Made by a program: the position numbers and the translations under genes. Source: Thalia democratica (taxonomy: Eukaryota). Taken from it: a DNA stretch of 64,000 bases. Under the pieces are notes generated by a model that was not told the DNA's origin, did not search any database, and saw only the letters and a list, made by a program, of their open reading frames with translations. Location of the stretch: positions 1 through 64,000 of the forward strand of contig CBDBBG010000089.1 in assembly GCA_965202585.1 (NCBI GenBank), read 5' to 3'. Positions 25,477 through 37,660 of this stretch are shown here, one piece after another. The first letter of the stretch is position 1. Each line of letters opens with the position of its first letter.

Positions 25477-28400
25477 ATTCAATGATAAATTTTTAAAATT
25501 TTATTACAATACAATGTTTCACTCGTTTAAAAAAACGAGATCTTCAGTTGTTTATAATTTGTAAAAATTTATGTGATAACAAGTAGGAAGAAATTAGGCT
25601 AAACTTGAAATAAAAGAAGTTAAAAAGAAAAAATGTATAACAAAAACTGAGTAAATCTAATTAAAACCTATAGTTTAAAGTTACTAGCGTATGATGATTT
25701 TAATGTTGCTAGACTAAATTTAGGAAAATGCACGTTACTTAATAATTATACAATCTTAAAAATTAAACAAATAAAATAAAAAAATAACAATAAAAAATAA
25801 TTATACTAACATTTAGTAGCCTTGTGAAATCTGTAGATAACTAACAAAGAAAAACATCTCTTTAATTAAACCTTTAAGTTAAGTTTACTCGTTTAAAAAA
25901 AAAAAGTTTGGCCTATGTATTATGACGTAATTATATATTGGTTTAAATACTTGTACAAATTAAAATAGATATTTTTCTATCAAAACGCTCTTAAGTTTTG
26001 AATAAAGCTTCCTAAAGTGTATACAAGAGCATATTAACCCGTTCCTTTTATTTAAAGATGTTTCCCCGTCAGCGTTCGCTATTTCCATTTTTTCATAGGA
26101 GCAGGTCCTGCAGATTCTCTGCGGTTTCCTTATGTGTCCGATGTGGTGTAAAATTTCCCATTTGATGTTGTAGTTAGTGTTGTTGCGTTTCAGCTTCCAA
26201 ATATACTTGGGTAGTTCGGTTCCGTTCTCCTTGTAAATTTTTATATCTCTTATGTGCTACACCACCTTTTCTTGAAAGTTCCTCCTGTGCTTCCAACGTA
26301 TTGCTTTAATTATTTTTTCGTCGTGACCGTAGCTTTATAGATAAAATTCTTAGTTAGGCATTTGTTTTTTAGCGGGCATAAATTTTTGTTTCTACAAATA
26401 CATAGTGACTCTCCTTTGTCAGTATTTTTAGTTTTTTCTGCATTAATTAAAGTTTTTTGTTTTGTCCTTGGATTAGCATTTTTATGTTACTCATGCAACT
26501 ATACGCTAACTTACAGTTGCTTTTATTTATTAACTTGTTCAGACTGTTGTTCTGATTAAATGCTTGTTGATTAATTCAAAAAACATTTTCCTATGTTTGT
26601 TTTTACTGATTCGCAAAATGGTGGGTTGAAATAAATTATTTTTCTTTTTCTGTTTATTTTCTTTTTCTGTTTGTTAAAGTGTTCCTTATAAGTCAGTTTA
26701 TGTTTAAAATTTGATTTGTCTAAAGCGTTTTGGTATGTGTATGCATTTTGATCAAAATATTTTTGTTTTTAGGTAATTTAATCAGTCTATTTTCTATCAT
26801 TGCCGGTAAGTTCTTTTAATAATTTTAGGATGGTTAGAGTTTCTATTAATGTATCTTATTTCTGTGTTTTCTTTTTGGTAGCGTTTAAATAAGTTTTTGA
26901 AAGGTCTAATGTTATATCTAAAAAGTTGCATATAGTTGCACCGGTGTCTATCGTTATTTTAAAACCTTTTTTTTTATTGTTTTTTTCTTTTTATTTTCTA
27001 AATCTTGGTTGTTTTTTGGTTGGATAATTGCAAGGCCGTCGTCTCTATACAAACCGATCTCTTTAGTATCATAAAGAGATTCAAGCTTGCTCAATGCATA
27101 TAGCCCGATTAAATCGCATAACTCGGCGCCGAAGAAGGAGCCCATGGGAACGTCGAATAGTTGTTGTTATCTTTTTTGATCCAGGTTTTTTTGTTAAAAG
27201 TCAAAATTGTTTTGCAGGTGTGCTTAATTAATTTAATGTCCCTGTCTTCTATTATGGTGTAATTTTTGCAAAGTTTATAGCATTAGTTAAATGATTTTCA
27301 GTGATACTGGGGTAGAAATTCACAATATCGAAGTTTATAAAGCATTTTTTTGATTTAAATTGTACATTATTGAACCATTCGATTACTTCAAATGAGTTTT
27401 TTCACTGGACCAATCTTGACGCGTATCTTATTTTCGTCACAGCTCTTTCTAAGATGTTTTTGCTTATCCTCCCAAGCTCGTTTTTGTCTGGGTTTAATAG
27501 TCTGCACTCAACATTAAAGGGGAAATTGTTTCTTGTGATCCTTTACTGTTATAAAGGCTTCCGAGGTTGAGAACTTAGGTAATTTTTTGTTTTTGTATTT
27601 TCTGTCGGTGATTAATTCTTGTGACTCGGTATTTATTTGTTAGATTAGGTTTTTGTTTGAAGTTTTGTAAGTTTTAGTTATGTTGTTAGTTAAGAGTTTC
27701 TTGTAGTTGCTTGGGTTTGTTTGGTATAGGTTTCTTGTTTTAATGTTAACTATGTAATTACAAAAACTTATGCCCGCTAAAAAACAAATGCCTAACTAAG
27801 AATGTTATCTATAAAGCTACGGTCACGACAAAAAAATAATTAAAACAATACGTAGGAAGCACAGGAGGAACTTTCAAGAAAAGGTGGTGTAGCCACATAA
27901 GAGATATAAAAATTTACAAGGAGAACGGAACCGAACTACCCAAGTATATTTGGAAGCTGAAACGCAACAACACTAACTACAACATCAAATGGGAAATTTT
28001 ACACCACATCGGACACATAAGGAAACCGCAGAGAATCTGCAGGACCTGCTCCTATGAAAAAATGGCAATAGCGAACGCTGACGGGGAAACATCTTTAAAT
28101 AAAAGGAACGGGTTAATATGCTCTTGTATACACTTTAAGAAGCTTTATTCAAAACTTAAGAGCGTTTTGATAGAAAAATATCTATTTTAATTTGTACAAG
28201 TATTTAAACCAATATATAATTACGTCATAATACAATAGCCAAATTTTTTTATTTAAACGAGTAAACTTAACTTAAAGGTTTAGTTAAATAGATGTTTTTT
28301 CTTTGTTAGTTATCTACAGATTTCACAAGGCCACTAAATGTTAGTAGAATTATTTTTATTGTATATTTTTTTATTATTTGTTTAAGTTTTAAGATTGTAT

Positions 28401-28671
28401 AATTATTAAGTAACGTGCATTTTCCTAAATTTAGCCTAGCAACATTAAAATCATCATACGCTAGTAACTGTAAACTATAGGTTTTAATTAGATTTTACTC
28501 AGTTTTTGTTATACATTTTTTCTTTATAACTCTTTTATTTCAAGTTTAGCCTAATGTCTTCCTAATTGTTATCACATAAATTTTTACAGATTTTAAACAA
28601 CTAAAGATCTCGTTTTTTCAAACGAGTGAAACATTGTATTGTAATAAAATTTTTAAAATTTATCATTGAAT
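25477..28671 (-). mobile_element. Penelope-like retroelement (RT + C-terminal GIY-YIG), 5'-truncated and decayed, with an inverted copy of its 3' end
   Basis: Minus-strand RT: FINFDIVNFYPSIT, MGSFFGAELCDLIGLY, GLYRDDGL, CNFLDITLDL, SNHPKII, IIYFNPPFCESVKTNIGK. Endonuclease (read from the + copy): CPLKNKCLTKNVIYKA..QYVGSTGGTFKKRW..H..ICRTCSYEK..LNKRN..CIH. Arms 25477-26389 and 27760-28671 are reverse complements. Confidence 0.93.
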
Positions 28672-29233
28672 AAAATTTATTTAAAGAATTTTTTTAAAGC
28701 TTTTTCAAAAAATTAGTTTATTTCATTACAATACCTTTATGATTTGTATCAAGTATTTATAACTAAAGGACTTTATAATTTGACATTGTAAATCTTATTG
28801 TACGCAGCGTAGTTATGTGATCCTGTATTTAGGCGGGTTACTTTTTAAAGTTATCAAAAGCATTTAAGTCATAAACTAAATCAAGTTAAACACTAAAAAA
28901 TTGTCTAGTATAATGAAATTAACAAAATAATATGCTTGATGTTTTTTTGAAAAGTGTAGTATTATTATTAGAAAACAAAAAAAAAAACAGCAAGCAAAAA
29001 TAAAACATAAATAAACTAAAAATAACGGAACAGTTACAACAAAAATGATATAACGATGTAGCTTTGCACCAAATGAAATCTATTGTAAACTAAAAAGTTT
29101 AAAATACTTAAGAGACCTTGTAAGAAATTGAGAGAAAAATTATTTGTATAAAAGTAATATCGTTTTCAAAAAATATTTAACATTTAAAAATTTAAATGAC
29201 TTTTTAGTAACATAACATTTAACAACCTACCAA

Positions 29234-29620
29234 TTACTGAAAAAGCAATAGTTTGCTGAGTGAAACATGCCTACAGTTTTGAGACGTGTTATGGCGGGAA
29301 AACCATTCTTCAATGCAGTTCTGGCAAAATTCATACCAACCTTTGCAGTCTAGACGTACAACTTTTTCCACTTCAACGTCATCCAGACACATTCCGCATC
29401 TTTCACCTGCTAGCGACTCGCAAGCTGCAAACTGATGAAGCGTATAACCTTGCAAGTGACAGACGTTGTTGCTGTTGATCAGAGCCACGCAGAAAATTTC
29501 TGCCGTTTTCTGGATCTTTGCCGGAGACTGTTGAGACTTTGGAATTAAAGATATTTCACACTTCTTTGATATCTTCGTAAAAATTGATGTCTTTGAAAAT
29601 ATACCGAGTATATTTCATTT
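29234..29620 (-). pseudogene. RING pseudogene, paralog of the 18.8-kb gene
   Basis: CGMCLDDVEVEKVVRLDCKGWYEFCQNCIEEWFSRHNTSQNCR has lost two ligands (H to Y, C to S). The upstream frame IFNSKVSTVSGKDPENGRNFLRGSDQQQQRLSLARL aligns with LFDNQITASGQHGNNVPRVAQNRRRGLSLERI but is frameshifted and follows a TGA. Confidence 0.85.
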
Positions 29621-29830
29621 TTGAAATTAACCTTCTATAGAATTAGTAAAACAAAGTTTGTTTTGAACATAAATATAGTAAAAGTAAACAATTTAAACCT
29701 TTTAAGGAGAAAATAAAGATGAAAAAAATTAGTTAAAAAGTTCAGCAGCCAGAGTTCATTAAATCTGCTAGTTGTTAAGAAAGACTGTTATAAAACTATA
29801 AAGATTGAACATTAAAAAAAGCGCAAAAAA

Positions 29831-31144
29831 CTTATTCTAACCTGATCACTTATAACCCGATCGTTTCTAACCAAATCAGTATAAAATTATTTTTTTTAGA
29901 TTTATTTAAATCATCTGTATTTGATTTAAAAGCAAACTGATCGTAAGAAGATTGTTCTATTTTTAACACAGTTTATTTTGTCTTAACCAAAGCGTAATGT
30001 TTATTTACTATAATTTAAAATAGTGTTTTGTAATCATTTTATTTTAACTTCTTCTAACTTTAAAACATTTTCACGATATTGTAACTTTTTCTTCATTCGA
30101 ACTTTTATTTCATTAAAAAATTTTTACTTGTTTTTATTATTATTTTAAAATTATACTTCGTTTTATATTTTAGAGTAAGCTGTTTTAACTAAATTTAAGT
30201 TATATCTTTTTGTTATTTACATAACTAGAATGTGTTAATAATGTGAAAATTGTATTACAAATGTAATATTCAGATCCAAGGAACTTCTTTTACAGTCTGT
30301 GTTTTTTTTTTGAGTTCGAGTTTATTATGTTGAATCTAGAGCCGATAGAAAAAGTGGGACATCTTGGCTATTTTTAGCCCGCGTAGCGTATTTCAAAAAA
30401 TTCAATTAACTTTTACTAAGATTTTATTAATGTTATTCAGTAAATTAGTTTTAATAGTCAGTGCCTTTTCATTTTATATAAACTTAATCTTTTTTAGCAT
30501 ATTGGTCATTTTTGGTTATTTTCAGTTATAGTCCTTAATTAGATCTTCTTGCTTAGTCAGACTTTTTTAATCTCTTTTTTGTTATAAAAACAGGAAATAA
30601 ACGGATGTGTGGTGAAATTTTAAAGTCAAGATTTTTTTGAATATCCACTCATTTTTAGATGATTGTCGTTAAGTGAAACTTAAATAATTAAAAATAATTT
30701 CAATCTAAGTAGATTGATATATAGTAAAAAAATCAAAGTTAGAAAACAAGAATTAAAGTTATAATGATTTGAAAAAGAATAATAGCGTATTTATATTTTA
30801 AATATAAATATATAAACAGTAAGTTTGCTTTGCAACAAAAAAACTTAACTTTCAATACAAAAACAATTATGTAAAGTTTAGTTTGTTTTTGAAATAAATC
30901 CCGATCAAAATTCTATAAAGAAATATTTTTTTTACTAATTGAGTTATTTATGATCGAGTTAGATATGATCGACTTAGAAGTATTCGGGTTAGAAGAAATC
31001 AGATTAGAAATTATCGGTTTAAAATTATCAAGTTAGTAGTGATTGGGTTAGAAACAATCGGGTTAGAAGTGATCAGGATAAAAATTGTCGGGTTAGAAGT
31101 GATCAGGTTAGAAGTGATCGCAGGTGTTAAATGATCGGCTCCTG
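29831..31144. mobile_element. Foldback-type element with inverted subterminal 15-bp arrays
   Basis: About 11 units of gatcgggttagaagt at 30952-31120, ending in caggtgttaaatgatcggctcctg; about 3 reverse-complement units at 29831-29878. The left terminus and TSD were not found. Confidence 0.55.
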
Positions 31145-32442
31145 TTTTAAGCAAAGGTTCTAGATTTATATAAGAAATTATCACAAAATCACTTTAAAAA
31201 ATGTATTTAGTCAGACTTTTTAAATATTTAATCCTGGAATATCAGCATCTCAGATTCTAAAATTATTCAGTATAAAGTTGCCAGCTCTATTAGTAGACTA
31301 CTTTCAAATAACAGAATAAATCACACATTAATAGAATTTTGCTAAAACTTAGCAGTTCTTAATTACATCCACGTTTGTTCACGGGTTTGATTTTCAAATG
31401 TTTGTGAAAAAAAATTCAGACAGAAGTAAAATCTAAATTTATTAGTGGCGTTATGCCTGAAAAAATAAATAAATTGATAAAATAAAATAAATTTTTTTAA
31501 ATCTATTTGTCAAAACGTTTTGTTAATAAACATCATTTTTTCTTTATAAAATGATAATACAATGTAATTAAAATAAAATTCAAATGCTTTATAATTTTGT
31601 TGTTTTGTTTTTAATAATTTTTTTGTGTCAAGTTTATCACAAATCGTGTTTATAATATACAATGTAAAAAGTAAAATAAACTGAAGAAAAGATGATTATA
31701 ATGTTGAGTCATTTATACAAAATTGTCAAAACAATACAATTATATTTTCAATACAAAAACAAACAACTAAAAAAAAAATAAATAGTTTTCTTCACAGAGA
31801 GAAAAATAAATAATTTAAAGTGAACTATCTAAAAAGGTCTCATACAGTTGATTCCTATACTAAAAAAAAGAAAAGTAACTGATGCTTGTTAACGTAATAT
31901 GTTCTTTGGTGTAGACAGTTTTGATGAGTGTTAGTAGAACAGATATTTATTTGTTAACACTCATCAATAAGTATATGTGTCAACTAATTGGTATTTGATT
32001 TTTATGAGTTTAATTTTTAGTGCAAATACTATTTTCTTGCTATATTTACTAGATTAAATTAAAACTTTCTATTGACTGTAAATAAATTGTTTTTTTTTAC
32101 TAAAAATAAATTAGCATGTAACATTCAGTAAATAAATTTATCTATCAATATTTTATTTATTTTAAGCGCATAAAATTTTATAATTAGACTCAGTTTATTT
32201 TAACTTGTTATGAAGACAGTCTAAATCAATCTTATTTTCAATTAAATCTTAAGTATTTTCTATATGGATAGGTACTATATACTATTCAAATATGTTTCAG
32301 TTTTCATATACATTCAGTGATAGTTAAAATAAAAACAAAACAATTAACTAAAATAAGTATTTATCGCATACAAACACAGTTAGAAGACAATAACGAAAAA
32401 CTAAACAATCAAATAAAGTTCTCCATTCACACAATCGTGCTT

Positions 32443-33467
32443 TTAAATCATTGGGACCTTGAGGCAGCTGAATCTCTGAAAGTTTTTTATCTCCAATGAA
32501 GTTTTGAATGTAAAAAGATCGTTTTGCACATCATACTTGTGTAAATTAACTTTGTTGTTTTTCTCATTGAGAAAAAAAATGTTGTTACCAATGGCAACTA
32601 CCCGGTTTGGATTGTCAAGTCTATTACTATAAAACTCTGGTTTTGATATTCTTACCCATTTTGGAAGAGTGTTAATATACGTGAATTTTCTTGTGATACT
32701 ATCAAATACTTCTGAATAGTGACTACTACCTCCAATCATAAACATCTTGTTACTGACACTAATTGCAGAATGGTTATATCTTGGTGATAACATATCAGGA
32801 AAATAAGACCATTTATTTTCATGAAAATCATAACTCTCAATGGAATAGAGATTTATAATACTATAACGTGCAGTTTGTTTTATCCTACTACTGCCTGGAA
32901 AAGGAATGTTTGGAATATTTTTTCTTCTTGAACCCCCTGAAACAACTGTTTTGCCTTCAAAAACTGTACATGCTGATCCTTCCCTTCTTTCCATTATAGA
33001 TGCAATAGAAGTCCACTTGTTACTATCTTCGTTATAAAACCAAGAAGGCCTTTTGTACCATGTTCCATTAATGATAAAAACTTTTTGCATGAAAGAACAC
33101 ATTTCATAGTCTAGGTTTTTTTCTTCTAATAAATGTAACTTGGTGCAGGTTTTTGTAGAAAACGAATATTTTACAACAGACAAATTATTGTAATGTTCAA
33201 ACTTACCTGCAAAATAAGCCGTAGAACCACTAACAATTGCTTTACAATTGTATTTCGGTATAGGTAGACTAGGAAGATACATTTTTGTATCAAAGTTGTT
33301 CAACAAAAAATGCTTATGATTTGATACATCTCCGCTATAATTGACTTCACTGAACACACCAATACTAAATTCTTCCTGATCACAATATCTATTTTGATAC
33401 AAAACAGGAAACTGATCACTCAATTTTTTGCCAAGATTTTTGAAACTAGATACCATTTTTAAATATA
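32443..33467 (-). CDS. Kelch-repeat protein lacking BTB/BACK (orphan propeller exon or truncated gene)
   Basis: 337-aa ORF with Kelch motifs (RREGSACTVFEGKTVVSGG, IESYDFHENKWSYFPDMLSPRYNHSAISVSNKMFMIGG). The start NRYCDQEEFSI matches SRYCSQKKFNL after the BACK domain of the 54-kb gene, and the C-terminus SCLKVP matches SCVKFP. ATG at 33456; possible phase-1 acceptor caacag| at 33468/33467. Confidence 0.85.
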
Positions 33468-34499
33468 CTGTTGATGAAACTTATATATATAAATAGGGTT
33501 TTTTTTGTTGACTTTAATAGTCTATTAATAACAACTATAAGTTAATTTTATAGAAATCAATTTAGTAAGTAAAATAAAAATTGAAAACATTCTTTTAATT
33601 CTACTCAAATAGATTATTCATTTAAGTAAATTATTATTTGCTTAGGTTAAAAAAACTAAATTATTTACTAATATTTTAAATTCAATTTTTTTTTTTCAAT
33701 TTTTTAACCTAGATTTTCTTAAACAGCCTACTAATAAAATAACTCTAGATTGAATAATCTATTACCAACTGTTTGATAAAAAAATTAAATGTTTTATTGT
33801 TAATTAAGAAAATATTTATTGATGTAAATAAATTATAGTAAATATTGATATTTATAATAAATTATTTCTAAACAGCCTACAAATAAATTAAAATGTTCAC
33901 AAAAACGTTTGAAACAACCAATCATTTTGACTTAAGTATAGTTAAGCTAAAAAAAAAGTGTAGTAATAATGTTTTATAATAAACGAAAAAAGATAACAAA
34001 GGATATCTTTAGAATGCAACTATATTTAATGTAAAAATAAATGAATAGAAAAACAAACTGCTTATATAGTTTTTTCCTTAATAGTTTTTGATTACCAAAA
34101 TCAAAAACGAAAAAAGAAATCTTTTCTTTAAACAATTTTTTATAATAACTTCTATTGCGACAAAAAAAATCACATGTAACTTTTATTCACTAGTTTAGTG
34201 TTTAAATAAGTTATGTTTTACTGTGAAATTAAACATAAATTACTGTACTGGCTTTAAACCAAAAAATAAAACAGTCACAAAACTTAGATAGATAAAAAGT
34301 CAAATAGAAGATTATATTTGCAATTGGTTATAGTAATAAAATAACAGTTTCATCTTTTTAAATTTGTAAAAGTTTAAGAAATTTCACATTTTTTTTTTAT
34401 TACCTCAACTAAAATTTAATAGTCGTTAAAAATAATATAATCGTAAATGTGTTATAAAATGCTTGAGATTAGATCAAAACACACAAATAATATTTAAAT

Positions 34500-34549
34500 G
34501 TATAAAAGACTGATGAGAACTATTTGTCGAACTGTTTGTGCTTTTGTAC
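34500..34549 (+). ncRNA. Minimal degenerate hammerhead-like motif (candidate relic)
   Basis: gtataaaag-a-CTGATGAG-A..T-C-GAAC-tgtttgtg-cttttgtac: the 9-bp flanks pair and CUGAUGA is intact, but GAAA is reduced to GAA and the NUH site is not canonical. Confidence 0.25.
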
Positions 34550-35910
34550 TCTGTGATTTTGTACTTTGCTTAATTGTTGGTCTTTTTAAATTTTAATAAA
34601 AGAAAAAAAAAATTTGTTTTACTACTGAAACAAACAATTTTTTTTTTTCATCGTATAAAGTATATAATTGGTATTTTTCAAAATAAGACATTTTTTGAAG
34701 CTTTTACCATAACTTTAAAAGCCCTTTATTCTAAAAATTTCAAAAAGTTAAAAATGTTAATAACATAAAGTAAGATTAAACCTTGCGTTTAGTTTACAAA
34801 AACTTTTACACGGTAATTATGCAAGTTATATAGCATTTTCGTATTTGCTTTTTAGTACTGTTTGCCATAATGCAGACTGCAAAAACTGATCTATCGTGGT
34901 ATTTAAAACAGATTCTTTATTTATCATAAGAGCTTGTTTATATATTTACCATACTCTTTGCAATTGATGTTGTTCTTTTTTTCTTAATATCTAAAGCTAT
35001 TTAGGTTTTTTAAGATTTAAATTTCAACAAACCTAAAGTTGCAAAATTTCATTTCGTTTTTTAAATAAATACACAATTTTTAGCTTACAATAATTGCCAT
35101 ACCCAAAAGGCAAGTGTTGTTGCTATTTAAAACACGTTTTAAGTTTATGAATATTGTAACACTAAAAAAAATAATAATAATAAATTTCTTCCTAAACTTT
35201 GCTTAAACAAATTTAAAGTGTCAAATTTCAAATATTAAAATGCAAACATAGAAGTTAATTTGTTAATTTTTAAGTTAAGTAAATAAGAAGACGATCGTCT
35301 TTGTCTTTAACTCTTTTTTTTTTCCAAAGTTAGTTAGTTAAATTTTCAATCAATTATTTTTTACTACTTTTTTACTTATAAACTTATTTTTATGTTATTA
35401 TATTTCTAACTAATAACCGTATATAGACTTGATAAAGTATCACTTGTGTTCAGCAATAAAAATGCTGAACGAATTCCATGTTCAGCAATTTGTCCATTCC
35501 CTATAGGCATTAAGATTTTTTTATTAAGTAGCTTATTTATTTAGTTTTTTTTTCATAACTAAAATTCGAATAAAGTTAGACTGCACAAAACGGTAGCTTA
35601 CTATACACAATAAGTATATAGTATAATTATTATGACTAGCTCAAGTTAGAATCTTTTTGATAACATATATTAACAGTTTATAAAGTCCCTGTAAATCGTT
35701 TCTTTTTCAAACTTTTTAGTATACAACTTATCACTTTGAAAATATAAAATAGTTGAAACTAAAAAATAACAAAATAATTAAAGTTTCCATAGTTTCCAAA
35801 CTGTCTTTAATGCAACTTATTTGAATTAGTTGGAACCGCTCGATTCCCACTAACTTTTTATTTTTATTTTACAATCATTAAAACCCTTGGTCGTTCGCGG
35901 TTCTCGAGTT

Positions 35911-36605
35911 TGATTGAGTTGGAATTGTACGCGGTTGGAACTAAGTGGTTTCCATTACAAACAGTTTTATGATTGTCGTAATTTAAAGAAAGTATTAATT
36001 TCAGATACTTGGCATAGTAGCTTATGTAACGTAACATTTATGCTAGATCCCTGAAATTTTAAACAATCATTATTAAAGAAAAGTACAAAATGTGTAAATT
36101 TTAAAAACAACAAAGTTTGGAATAATTATAACTAATCTCTTACTTATCGAAACTCACAATTTGAAGTTACAAGTGTTAGAAATGGCTTTGTCATGAGTGT
36201 CCAACTTATTAAAATAAAGCTGTTAAGAGTTTTAATTTAAGTTAAGTTGATGGATCATAATTGGTAACAAATATGTTTAAATCAATAGCTAATTTATTAG
36301 AATATTTTTTCAGATACTAAGCATACATGCTTATGTGACGTAACAATATGTAAAATGTTTAAAATACCCATGCAGTTAACAAGTCTTCAGAAGCTAGCAT
36401 GATTTGAATACTCAAAGAATAGTGGTAAATTAAGATTTTCAAATCTTCTTGGTATGTCAAGTCAACCGTTAATTGTGATTTTTTTTTACTTACTTATAGC
36501 AATAAAATGAGTTTATATAAAAGCTTTGTGATTTTTTAATTTAAAATTATATACATTTAATTGGAACCGTTCAGTTCCAACCCGCGCACAGTTCCCACTC
36601 GATCA
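35911..36605. repeat. Imperfect ~46-bp inverted repeat pair (probable old MITE ends)
   Basis: tgattgagttggaattgtacgcggttggaactaagtggtttccatt (35911-35956) vs aattggaaccgttcagttccaacccgcgcacagttcccactcgatca (36559-36605). Confidence 0.55.
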
Positions 36606-36633
36606 CTTCCCATTTGAATCAATTCTCACCAAA

Positions 36634-36830
36634 TCAGTTTTGCACATCAGTTTTACACAGCATCACTTTTGCTTGGAGAGTTATTTTTTCATAGCGTCAG
36701 TTTTGCATAGTTGTCAATTTTCCACGAGCTATTACTTTTTTATGATTGCACTTTGCACAAAGCGTTCTGTTTGCGTGGCATCATTTTTAATGGTGCCATA
36801 TTTTGCGCCAATCGTCACTTTGACTCGAAA
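36634..36830. repeat. Degenerate minisatellite with a tca(g/c)ttttgcac core
   Basis: Recurrent tcagttttgcac, tcagttttacac, tcacttttgc, tcagttttgca, gcactttgcac, tcactttgac at irregular short spacing; this explains spurious ORF 36640-36858. Confidence 0.55.
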
Positions 36831-37660
36831 GAAAAATTATAAAACTAAGCTGATGTAATTTATCTAAATACTTTAAAAAAAACTTAAGTTGCATTAAATG
36901 TAAATTTAACCCGTTTAAATATTAATTTCGTATTAGTGTAAAACTGAACTTAAACATAAATTGAAACAACTTGGACATAAAATTAAAACAAATCTAAATA
37001 CAACTAAATGCTATTTGAAAATTATTTTAATTAAAGTAAAAAATTAGGTATTATAATATTGCAGAGGTTTAAGGAAACAAATTATAAAATTTAAGTTTTT
37101 TTTTTTTTAACCAACTTTTATATTTTTACTTTGGAGTTCATTGTCTTTATTTTACTAAGTCCGAATATCCACACTTAATTACAAGCTATCAAAGCAAAAA
37201 AAGAATTTAAAAGAATGTCTGATAGCAAAATAACTTTCAAAGACAAGTTAATTGATGACATTAAAGCAAAAATTTTTTTTTCTTGAAACTTAACTTACAA
37301 AAAGCTTATATAAAGGTTACAAAAAGCTTATATAACTCTAAAAGACCTGAACTAGGTTAATCGAAAGGTCTTTTTTAAACTACAATTTATATTTAATTTA
37401 GTGCAAAATTTTAGGATACCATCTTTAAACTTATCATTAGTCGTTAATATATGACAAGAATGAAAGTTAAATGTCAGTATTCAGTAAATTCAAGAAATTT
37501 TGAGTACTCAAAAAGATCGAGTATAAGTTGTTATTAATATTCAAAACTCTTTATTGAAATTAATCACGGTTTGTTTAAAAAAAAAAACTATAATTTTTTT
37601 AAGAAGTTACTAAACATAAAAGTTTGTAAGTATAATGTCTTTTATTGAATAATAAGATAA

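Noticed and set aside
30952-31120. CRISPR array or interstitial telomere
   Set aside because: Contiguous 15-bp units without unique spacers, no cas genes, eukaryotic context, and no tandem TTAGGG runs.
34780-34990. Minus-strand TIDQFLQSALWQTVLKSKYEN, faintly like CACTA/EnSpm-related transposase segments; also examined as a possible missing BACK exon
   Set aside because: Short, interrupted by stops, no BACK motif, and no supporting downstream motif.
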